Origin: the human T2T-CHM13v2.0 reference genome, Homo sapiens
Length of the DNA: 64,000 nt
Assembly (NCBI RefSeq): GCF_009914755.1
Contig: NC_060943.1
Reading direction: 5' to 3' (one strand)
Under the pieces are notes generated by a model. That model made no database searches and was not told where the DNA came from. It was given only the letters and a program-made list of their open reading frames with translations. Positions 1 to 10,753 of this stretch are shown piece after piece. The position numbers and the translations under genes were made by a program. The stretch's first letter is position 1. Each line of letters opens with the position of its first letter.

Positions 1-420
1 ATGACCCACAGCTGTTCATGTACCAAGAGTGATCCCATCCACATGCAGAAGAACCAGCCAACTGTCTCACACACTTGTTAAGTATAATAAACCCTTATTG
101 CTCTAAACCAATGAGTTTTCAGGCGGTTTGTACTCAGCAATTGCTACTATGCAATCTTGATCTTTACTCTCTTGAGTTTGAAGGATTTCTGTGAGAGAAG
201 CATGGAAACTCACACCTTTTGAGACATACTATGTGCTGGGGACATGAATCCATTACCACCTTTTAAGTAGAGATTGTTATTCCCATTTTACAGATAGGGA
301 AACCAAGGCTCAGAGAGGAAGAGCATTGTCCCCAAAGCACAACCAAAATTCCAGAGCAGATATGCCTGTGGTCCCTCTACCCCAAGGCTCCAGCTGGGAC
401 CCAGAGTTCAAGGGACTCAC

Positions 421-548
421 GTGCATGATGTTCACACTCTTGTTGAAAATCTTCATATAAGGCTTCAAGATGTTGAAATGGAAGGCAGGCGTCAACATCC
501 GACGGTGGCGGCTCCACTTGTCACCACCACTCAGCAGGAGCCCATCCC
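421..548 (-). CDS. CYP4F11: CYP4F11 fourth coding exon (128 bp); gene continues beyond the window start
   Basis: ccctgccag|GG GAT GGG... [43 protein letters not shown], donor CAC|gtgagt at 420. Confidence 0.97.
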
Positions 549-638
549 CTGGCAGGGCAACCAAGGACAGTGGTCAAGGGCAGCACCCTCCCTTATCCCT
601 AAAGGATATCCCCAACCCCATTCACCTCAATTACTCAC

Positions 639-692
639 CCAGCCAGGGCTTCAGGAAGCCATAGAAAATCATATCCTTGGGTGCGACAGCAG
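639..692 (-). CDS. CYP4F11: CYP4F11 third coding exon (54 bp)
   Basis: catgtcag|CT GCT GTC GCA CCC AAG... (AAVAPKDMIFYGFLKPWL) G|gtgagt. Phase is consistent with the neighbouring exons. Confidence 0.96.
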
Positions 693-2665
693 CTGACATG
701 ATTGAGGACCATCAGTGGCCATGGAGAGGGGTGAGAGAAGGACTTTGGGTATGGAGGAATGCTCCCAGCCAGGGGTGTGCACTTCCACGCATCCCACCCA
801 GCATAGCAGGAAGAAGGCCAAGGGTAGAGGAAGAAGGGAGGATGGTGGAGGAAGGAGAGACCAGACCAGGCTGCAGCGACAGAGTAGAGCAATAACACAG
901 CATGCCCCAGCACACAGTGACATATCTCCTACAAGGTCCAACATGTTCTGCAACACCTGAGCATAGCTCAACACTCTACAGAATGCCTTTACAGGGACCT
1001 AGGACACTCTGTCTACTCCCAGCACTCTCTGCTATCTTCTGACATGGATCTGGGACCTGGAATATTGCCCCGACAGTTGTTAACATTCCCTGACATGGCC
1101 AAAACACATATGACAAACCCTAAATGACACAACATGCTCTGCCATGGACCTGAGATGGTCTGATATGACTTCTGTGTATCCCAGTGAAGGGTCCTAGATA
1201 ACATTTAAATATGATGTCACTAATGTCCTAAACATGGCCCGGGTATAACCAAGCCTATTCTTCGGCATAATTCAAATCTACCCTAAGACCTAACTATACT
1301 AAGACTCAAATAATATCTCAGACAGTTCTCAAAGATTCCCTGGGTCCTACACCTTGGACAAGCACCAAACATGGCCAAGACATTTGAAGTAGAATAAAAA
1401 GACAATCTCACACTACATCTCAGACAAGAACCAAAAAGACTCTGACATGCCCCAAATGTCCTCAGCCACAACTGAGCCCCACACATGATGACTTCTGTAT
1501 ATGATCCCAGGTGGAAGCATATACCAGATACAATCAAATATAATGTAGAAAACATAGGCTATATATGGGACCCTTGGAAGAAAGGTGGGCTTTCTGATTG
1601 GAACTGGGCTTCTGAGACTCATCGTTGACACCATATGAAAAGGCAAAGTGACACAGAGAATGGTAAAATCGAGAGAAGGAGACAGATTCCCAGTGATGTG
1701 GATTAATTGACACCTGGATCCAACCATGCCTGAAGACCACTCTCCCCAGACTTACAGCACATTGATTCTCTTTATTTGCTTAGACCACATGAGTCTGAGT
1801 TTCCATCACTCGCAACTGAAAGAGACTTCAGCAGCCAGAGAGAGCTGAGGACCTGCCCAGAGTCACTCAGCATCCTGAGGTTATAGCCATAGTTTCTGTG
1901 GGATGCTTCCCCTGCCCCTGCTTAGTCTGGCCTGTTCAAGCACAGGATGAGCAGAGGTAAAGAAAGGGCCCCAGACTGGGGTGGGATCTCCTACTGGAGA
2001 TTGCTGGGGCCTGGAGCAGGAGAGCCATGAATAGGGTGGATGAGTGACAGGATGAGGTAAAAGGAATAAACTCACCAGACTTGAACATCACATAAATAGC
2101 AGCCCAGATTCTCCACCAGCCTCAAATCCCCCTAGTACCATAGGCTTAGGGACAGACAAGGCTGATGCCAGGCCTGGCAGCGGTACCTGGATACTAATGA
2201 TGTCCACTGCATCACCCTTCCCCTTGCTTTAAAATCTTTTTACTCATTTTTCCAGCAACTCCTCCTCCAGGAAGCCTTCCAATCTGCCCCCAGGAAAGAC
2301 CTTGTTCTCCCAGTTGTCACACCCATCTCCTTCTTGCCAATTCCTGACTCCACGAAGTTTGAGATGTCTCTGTCCAGATCCATTTCCTCAAGCACGGGGC
2401 TTTCTCGAGGACAGGGCCCTAAATTGAGGCTTTTTGGAGCCCCAGTGGTGCCCAGAACACAAAGGCAGAGAGAGATGGCAGTGGAGGGAGGAGACGCTGA
2501 CATGGGGGGTTCGTGAATACATGAAGGAAAGAGGAACATGGCTGAGAGAGAAGCAGGAAGAGGGGCCTGGGCCCTGCAGGGGCCACACAGAAGCTTGGGG
2601 AGGGGAGAGGCTAGAAGGCCTTTGATGTTTCCCAGCCCCCACTACCACAAGCTCTGCACGGGTAC

Positions 2666-2810
2666 CTGAGGCACTGGTGATAGGCCGGATAATGTCAGGG
2701 TGGCATAAAATGAGGAGGGGGAAGGTAGGACCCAGCCACAACTTAAAGCCCTGGGGATATGTGGTCACCAGCTGGGTCAATGTCTTCATGCCCTCTTCCG
2801 TGGGAGTGAC
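2666..2810 (-). CDS. CYP4F11: CYP4F11 second coding exon (145 bp)
   Basis: Acceptor ttgttttcag|, VTPTEEGMKTLTQLVTTYPQGFKLWLGPTFPLLILCHPDIIRPITSAS, donor G|gtacc. Size matches the conserved CYP4F exon. Confidence 0.97.
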
Positions 2811-2839
2811 CTGAAAACAAGGCAGAGGCCGTCAGCCCT

Positions 2840-3358
2840 TGTGATGGTTAATTCTAGGCATCCTGAATTAATCATGAATTCCACGTGACCGAGCCAAGAG
2901 ATGCCCAGATAAAACATGCTGGTAAAACATTATTTCTGGATGTGTCCATCGGTGTATTTCCAGAAGAGATTCACATTTGAATAGGTAAACTGAGGAAGGA
3001 TGATCCACCTCCCCAGTGGGGGTGGGTGTCATCCAATCCTTTGATGGTGCAGATACAACAAAGAGGCAGAGGAAAGGGTGGATGTGCTCATCCATCTGCT
3101 CCTGTCCTTGGACATGAGAACTCCAGGTTCTCAGGCCTTTTGGGACTCAGACTGAATTTACAACTCCAGTGTCCCTGGTTTCTGGCTTGCAGATGCTATA
3201 TCATGGGACTTCTTGTCCTCCATCATCACATTTTCCAATTTCCGTAATAAACTCTCTCTCTCACGCTCTCTCTCTCTCTCTCTGTCTCATACATGCATGA
3301 GATATAAGCGGGAAGATATCCTGTCAATTCAGTTTCTAAAGAGAACCCTGAGTAATGC
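2840..3358. mobile_element. MLT2-like (ERVL) LTR containing a (CT)n tract
   Basis: Begins tgtgatggttaatt, ends gagaaccctgagtaatgca; internal gtaataaactctctc. Confidence 0.7.
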
Positions 3359-3465
3359 ACCTCCCCACCAGGAGCCACATCAAGTTCCCCCTGCAGCCTC
3401 CAGATGTGGTGCAGCCTCTGCCCTGAGCATCGTGTCTGGATTCTGAACAGCTGCAGAGAATCTCA

Positions 3466-3904
<439 letters not shown>

Positions 3905-4734
3905 TCAACCTGGGGATGGCCACATGGAAAAGTCCGCATGGAAGGAGGTCTGTGGACAGCAGTGTGGCCTCAGGACATGTCCCTGAGGCTGGTTCCTACA
4001 TCCCTTTCACGTCCTGGCTGGTCCCCACCAGCGGCTGTTCCTCCCACACTGGGGACATTCCATTCTCAGCAGCCCCCAGGCGTAGAGGAGTGACTCTTAA
4101 CTGTCTACAGTAAGCACCTCCTGCAGGCCAGGCTCTGTGCTAGTGTGTCCTATTCACCCTCCACTGCACCGATGGACACGCCCATCAATTTTGCCATTTA
4201 CAAGTGAGCAGACCAAGGCCATGTCCCCCAAATGGGAGAGCAGGTCTAAGTCGGAGGCCAAGGTCTGCGGAGTCAAGGACAGCTTCTGAAAAGAGAAGGG
4301 AGTGGCCAACTTTTATTCAGGCAGGTAACAAGGCCGACTGGGACATGTTAGTGAGGAAGAGCAAGATAGGAGGAAGGTGCCTCCAGAAAAGGAGGCAGCG
4401 GGAGACTGCCCACACTTCTCTTCTGGACCCTCTGTGTCCCTGCGTATGGAAAGGGGCTCAGAGCTAATTCCTGTGAGAAAGCAGCAGCACAGAGATGGGC
4501 AGACACAAGCAAATGGGCCAGGCAGGGAGTAGTCCCTGGACAGTAGACTCAGGAGGCCTCAAGTCCAGCAGTGGAGAAGGTGCAAATGCCAGGAGATCTT
4601 TGCTCTGTGCACCCATACCACTCCCACAGGAGACCCTCAGAGGTGCAGTAACACAGGGAAGACAGGCAGGAAAAAGATCCAAGCAGGCTGGAGTGGGAGG
4701 ACAGGGAGGTGAGAAAGACTTGGGATGGCACATC

Positions 4735-7700
4735 AGAGGAATGAGTGAGTGAGGAGAAGAATGAGTGAGTGAGGAGAGGAATGAGTGAGTGAGGAGAGGA
4801 ATGAGTGAGCGAGGAGAGGAATGAGTGAGTGAGGAGAGGAATGAGTGAGTGAGGAGAGGAATGAGTGAGTGAGGAGAGGAATGAGTGAGTGAGGAGAGGA
4901 ATGAGTGAGTGAGGAGAGGAATGAGTGAGTGAGAAGAGGAATGAGTGAGCGGGGAGAGGAATGAGTGAGCGGGGAGAGGAATGAGTGAGCGGGGAGAGGA
5001 ATGAGTGAGCGGGGAGAGGAATGAGTGAGTGGGGAGAGGAATGAGTGAGCGGGGAGAGGAATGAGTGAGCGGGGAGAGGAATGAGTGAGTGGGCAGAGGA
5101 ATGAGTGAGCGAGGAGAGGAATGAGTGAGCGAGGAGAGGAATGAGTGAGTGAGGAGAGGAATGAGTGAGCGGGGAGAGGAATGAGTGAGCGAGGAGAGGA
5201 ATGAGTGAGCGGGGAGAGGAATGAGTGAGTGGGCAGAGGAATGAGTGAGCGAGGAGAGGAATGAGTGAGCGAGGAGAGGAATGAGTGAGCGGGGAGAGGA
5301 ATGAGTGAGCGAGGAGAGGAATGAGTGAGCGAGGAGAGGAATGAGTGAGTGAGGAGAGGAATGAGTGAGCGGGGAGAGGAATGAGTGAGTGAGGAGAAGA
5401 ATGAGTGAGTGAGGAGAGGAATGAGTGAGTGAGGAGAGGAATGAGTGAGTGAGGAGAGGAATGAGTGAGTGAGGAGAGGAATGAGTGAGCGGGGAGAGGA
5501 ATGAGTGAGCGGGGAGAGGAATGAGTGAGCGGGGAGAGGAATGAGTGAGCGGGCAGAGGAATGAGTGAGCGAGGAGAGGAATGAGTGAGCGAGGAGAGGA
5601 ATGAGTGAGTGAGGAGAGGAATGAGTGAGCGGGGAGAGGAATGAGTGAGCGAGGAGAGGAATGAGTGAGCGAGGAGAGGAATGAGTGAGCGAGGAGAGGA
5701 ATGAGTGAGCGGGGAGAGGAATGAGTGAGTGAGGAGAAGAATGAGTGAGTGAGGAGAGGAATGAGTGAGTGAGGAGAGGAATGAGTGAGTGAGGAGAGGA
5801 ATGAGTGAGTGAGGAGAGGAATGAGTGAGCGGGGAGAGGAATGAGTGAGCGGGGAGAGGAATGAGTGAGCGGGGAGAGGAATGAGTGAGCGGGGAGAGGA
5901 ATGAGTGAGCGAGGAGAGGAATGAGTGAGCGAGGAGAGGAATGAGTGAGCGGGGAGAGGAATGAGTGAGCGAGGAGAGGAATGAGTGAGCGGGGAGAGGA
6001 ATGAGTGAGCGGGGAGAGGAATGAGTGAGCGGGGAGAGGAATGAGTGAGCGGGGAGAGGAATGAGTGAGCGGGCAGAGGAATGAGTGAGCGGGGAGAGGA
6101 ATGAGTGAGCGGGGAGAGGAATGAGTGAGTGGGCAGAGGAATGAGTGAGCGGGCAGAGGAATGAGTGAGCGGGGAGAGGAATGAGTGAGCGGGGAGAGGA
6201 ATGAGTGAGCGGGGAGAGGAATGAGTGAGCGGGCAGAGGAATGAGTGAGTGGGCAGAGGAATGAGTGAGCGGGGAGAGGAATGAGTGAGCGGGGAGAGGA
6301 ATGAGTGAGCGGGGAGAGGAATGAGTGAGCGGGCAGAGGAATGAGTGAGCGGGGAGAGGAATGAGTGAGCGGGGAGAGGAATGAGTGAGCGGGGAGAGGA
6401 ATGAGTGAGCGGGGAGAGGAATGAGTGAGCGGGGAGAGGAATGAGTGAGCGGGGAGAGGAATGAGTGAGCGAGGAGAGGAATGAGTGAGCGGGGAGAGGA
6501 ATGAGTGAGCGGGGAGAGGAATGAGTGAGTGGGGAGAGGAATGAGTGAGCGGGGAGAGGAATGAGTGAGCGGGGAGAGGAATGAGTGAGTGGGCAGAGGA
6601 ATGAGTGAGCGGGGAGAGGAATGAGTGAGCGGGCAGAGAAATGAGTGAGTGGGCAGAGGAATGAGTGAGCGGGGAGAGGAATGAGTGAGCGGGCAGAGGA
6701 ATGAGTGAGTGGGCAGAGGAATGAGTGAGTGGGCAGAGGAATGAGTGAGCGGGGAGAGGAATGAGTGAGCGGGGAGAGGAATGAGTGAGCGGGGAGAGGA
6801 ATGAGTGAGCGGGCAGAGGAATGAGTGAGCGGGCAGAGGAATGAGTGAGCGGGGAGAGGAATGAGTGAGCGGGCAGAGGAATGAGTGAGCGGGGAGAGGA
6901 ATGAGTGAGCGGGCAGAGGAATGAGTGAGCGGGCAGAGGAATGAGTGAGTGGGCAGAGGAATGAGTGAGCGGGGAGAGGAATGAGTGAGCGGGGAGAGGA
7001 ATGAGTGAGCGGGCAGAGGAATGAGTGAGCGGGGAGAGGAATGAGTGAGCGGGGAGAGGAATGAGTGAGCGGGGAGAGGAATGAGTGAGCGGGGAGAGGA
7101 ATGAGTGAGCGGGCAGAGGAATGAGTGAGCGAGGAGAGGAATGAGTGAGTGAGGAGAGGAATGAGTGAGTGAGGAGAGGAATGAGTGAGTGAGGAGAGGA
7201 ATGAGTGAGTGAGGAGAGGAATGAGTGAGTGAGGAGAAGAATGAGTGAGTGAGGAGAGGAATGAGTGAGTGAGGAGAGGAATGAGTGAGCGAGGAGAGGA
7301 ATGAGTGAGCGGGGAGAGGAATGAGTGAGCGGGGAGAGGAATGAGTGAGCGGGGAGAGGAATGAGTGAGCGGGGAGAGGAATGAGTGAGCGGGGAGAGGA
7401 ATGAGTGAGCGAGGAGAGGAATGAGTGAGCGAGGAGAGGAATGAGTGAGCGGGGAGAGGAATGAGTGAGCGGGGAGAGGAATGAGTGAGCGGGGAGAGGA
7501 ATGAGTGAGCGGGGAGAGGAATGAGTGAGCGGGGAGAGGAATGAGTGAGCGAGGAGAGGAATGAGTGAGCGAGGAGAGGAATGAGTGAGCGAGGAGAGGA
7601 ATGAGTGAGCGAGGAGAGGAATGAGTGAGCGGGGAGAGGAATGAGTGAGCGGGGAGAGGAATGAGTGAGCGGGGAGAGGAATGAGTGAGCGGGGAGAGGA

Positions 7701-9810
7701 ATGAGTGAGCGGGGAGAGGAATGAGTGAGCGGGGAGAGGAATGAGTGAGCGGGGAGAGGAATGAGTGAGCGGGGAGAGGAATGAGTGAGCGGGGAGAGGA
7801 ATGAGTGAGCGGGGAGAGGAATGAGTGAGCGGGGAGAGGAATGAGTGAGCGGGGAGAGGAATGAGTGAGCGGGCAGAGGAATGAGTGAGCGGGGAGAGGA
7901 ATGAGTGAGCGGGGAGAGGAATGAGTGAGCGGGCAGAGGAATGAGTGAGCGGGCAGAGGAATGAGTGAGCGGGGAGAGGAATGAGTGAGCGGGGAGAGGA
8001 ATGAGTGAGCGGGGAGAGGAATGAGTGAGCGGGCAGAGGAATGAGTGAGCGGGCAGAGGAATGAGTGAGCGGGCAGAGGAATGAGTGAGCGGGGAGAGGA
8101 ATGAGTGAGTGGGCAGAGGAATGAGTGAGCGGGGAGAGGAATGAGTGAGCGGGCAGAGGAATGAGTGAGTGGGCAGAGGAATGAGTGAGCGGGCAGAGGA
8201 ATGAGTGAGCGGGCAGAGGAATGAGTGAGTGGGCAGAGGAATGAGTGAGTGGGCAGAGGAATGAGTGAGCGGGGAGAGGAATGAGTGAGCGGGGAGAGGA
8301 ATGAGTGAGCGGGGAGAGGAATGAGTGAGCGGGCAGAGGAATGAGTGAGCGGGGAGAGGAATGAGTGAGCGGGCAGAGGAATGAGTGAGCGGGGAGAGGA
8401 ATGAGTGAGCGGGCAGAGGAATGAGTGAGCGGGCAGAGGAATGAGTGAGCGGGGAGAGGAATGAGTGAGCGGGGAGAGGAATGAGTGAGCGGGGAGAGGA
8501 ATGAGTGAGCGGGCAGAGGAATGAGTGAGCGGGGAGAGGAATGAGTGAGCGGGGAGAGGAATGAGTGAGCGGGGAGAGGAATGAGTGAGCGGGGAGAGGA
8601 ATGAGTGAGTGGGCAGAGGAATGAGTGAGCGGGGAGAGGAATGAGTGAGCGGGCAGAGGAATGAGTGAGCGGGCAGAGGAATGAGTGAGCGGGGAGAGGA
8701 ATGAGTGAGCGGGCAGAGGAATGAGTGAGTGGGCAGAGGAATGAGTGAGTGGGCAGAGGAATGAGTGAGCGGGCAGAGGAATGAGTGAGCGGGCAGAGGA
8801 ATGAGTGAGCGGGCAGAGGAATGAGTGAGCGGGCAGAGGAATGAGTGAGCGGGGAGAGGAATGAGTGAGCGGGCAGAGGAATGAGTGAGCGGGGAGAGGA
8901 ATGAGTGAGCGGGCAGAGGAATGAGTGAGCGGGCAGAGGAATGAGTGAGCGGGCAGAGGAATGAGTGAGCAGGGAGAGGAATGAGTGAGCGGGGAGAGGA
9001 ATGAGTGAGCGGGCAGAGGAATGAGTGAGCGGGGAGAGGAATGAGTGAGCGGGGAGAGGAATGAGTGAGCGGGGAGAGGAATGAGTGAGCGGGGAGAGGA
9101 ATGAGTGAGCGGGGAGAGGAATGAGTGAGCGGGGAGAGGAATGAGTGAGCGGGGAGAGGAATGAGTGAGCGGGGAGAGGAATGAGTGAGCGAGGAGAGGA
9201 ATGAGTGAGCGGGGAGAGGAATGAGTGAGCGGGGAGAGGAATGAGTGAGTGGGCAGAGGAATGAGTGAGCGGGGAGAGGAATGAGTGAGCGGGCAGAGGA
9301 ATGAGTGAGCGGGCAGAGGAATGAGTGAGCGGGGAGAGGAATGAGTGAGCGGGCAGAGGAATGAGTGAGCGGGCAGAGGAATGAGTGAGCGGGCAGAGGA
9401 ATGAGTGAGCGGGGAGAGGAATGAGTGAGCGGGGAGAGGAATGAGTGAGCGGGGAGAGGAATGAGTGAGCGGGCAGAGGAATGAGTGAGCGGGGAGAGGA
9501 ATGAGTGAGCGGGCAGAGGAATGAGTGAGCGGGGAGAGGAATGAGTGAGCGGGCAGAGGAATGAGTGAGCGGGCAGAGGAATGAGTGAGCGGGCAGAGGA
9601 ATGAGTGAGCGGGGAGAGGAATGAGTGAGCGGGGAGAGGAATGAGTGAGCGGGCAGAGGAATGAGTGAGCGGGGAGAGGAATGAGTGAGCGGGCAGAGGA
9701 ATGAGTGAGCGGGCAGAGGAATGAGTGAGCGGGGAGAGGAATGAGTGAGCGGGGAGAGGAATGAGTGAGTGGGGAGAGGAATGAGTGAGTGGGCAGAGGA
9801 ATGAGTGAGC
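4735..9810. repeat. 20-bp VNTR, ~253 units, consensus ATGAGTGAGYGRGSAGAGGA, in the first coding intron of CYP4F11
   Basis: Perfect 20-bp register from 4741 to 9810 with no indels. Variation is mostly at unit positions 10 (C/T), 12 (G/A) and 14 (G/C). Confidence 0.99.
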
Positions 9811-9939
9811 TGCCTCCCTCTCTTCTCTGTGTTCCCACACCCCAGCCACCCTCAAAACCCAGCTCCCTGAGCCCCATTCCTGCCCCTCAGGAACTCCATG
9901 CATCCTGAGACCCCAGACCCGTCCTGCTGACAAACTCAC

Positions 9940-10137
9940 CAGGCCCTGGTGTCCCCAAAACCAGTTCTGTTTCGGGGGTTGAGGAAAACACTGGAGGCGG
10001 CGGCAGTTGTCATAGAAGGTGTAGGTCCAGGCCAGGACGCGGGCCAGGAGCCAGGAGCCCCCAACCAGCAGCAGAAGCAGCCACGGGGATGCTGCCACGG
10101 GCCCGAGGCCCAGCCAGGACAGGCTCAGCTGCGGCAT
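9940..10137 (-). CDS. CYP4F11: Cytochrome P450 4F11, first coding exon (198 bp, aa 1-66, N-terminal membrane anchor)
   Basis: ATG at 10137-10135 preceded by acceptor ctgcag|G. Encodes [66 protein letters not shown]. Donor CTG|gtgagt at 9939. Confidence 0.97.
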
Positions 10138-10560
10138 CCTGCAGGGCAGACGGGATGGAGGGTGGGATCCTGAGGCCCAGGGAAGGGCCCAGGAAGCTCC
10201 AAGGACAGTGGAGAGGGGCAAGGATGGGCAGTGCTGGAGGCAGATCAGGGAAGGCTCTGAGATGGGTAAACAAGAGCTGAGATCTAAAGTCCAGAAATGC
10301 CCAATGAAAACCAGCAGCCAAGTGGCCTCCAGTTACACAGAAAGGGAAAGAGAGAGAGAGGCTGATTAGAATCCAAAAAGGCCCAGCCTGAATCACTGGG
10401 AGGTTGCCACGGGTCCAGTTACCAGGAAATCACCAGTCTCCCAGGCCAGCAGCCTTGACCCACCCCAACCTTGGGCAGTCCCCTCCCCATCCCAGGCCAG
10501 GACCCTCCAGCCCTGCCACTGCCAGCCTGGCTCCTATCAGAAGCAGCTTGTCCCACATAC

Positions 10561-10620
10561 CCTCCTCTCCCCCTCTGCTAGGAGGTCTTTGCCTCTGGCC
10601 CCTGATTTCCGGAAGGCTGT
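10561..10620 (-). other. CYP4F11: Probable non-coding 5' exon / TSS region of CYP4F11 (5' boundary approximate)
   Basis: Minus strand reads gcagagggggagaggagg|gtatgt (donor GT at 10560-10559). It resembles the CYP4F3/4F2 leader exon as I recall it. The coding exon has an acceptor immediately before the ATG. Confidence 0.5.
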
Positions 10621-10737
10621 GGGAGGCGAGGCTGGGCTGGGCTGGTCGAGCCAATCCCCATGGACTGGGTGTGTCTTCCAAGCCTGGGCAACCAACCAAA
10701 ACCTGGCGTAGGGCCAGCTGGGTGCAGAGGAGCCAGC

Positions 10738-10753
10738 TCAGGGTGACACAGCA
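10738..10753 (+). promoter_or_regulatory. Candidate antioxidant response element (NRF2/sMAF) in the CYP4F11 proximal promoter
   Basis: TCAGGGTGACACAGCA matches TMAnnRTGAYnnnGCR exactly. An ETS-like TTCCGGAA (~10607-10614) and a CCAAT (~10651) lie nearby. Confidence 0.6.

Noticed and set aside
4741-9810. VNTR as a CRISPR-like array or strong G-quadruplex array
   Set aside because: No unique spacers and a eukaryotic context. G-runs are 16-17 nt apart and often broken (GAGG), so canonical G4 support is weak.
4733-9877. 1,714-aa ORF as an independent gene
   Set aside because: Alternative frame of the same stop-free repeat strand with no independent gene structure.
10138-10221. 28-aa N-terminal extension of CYP4F11 in the ORF track
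   Set aside because: Non-ATG start upstream of a splice acceptor; the recognised protein starts at 10137.
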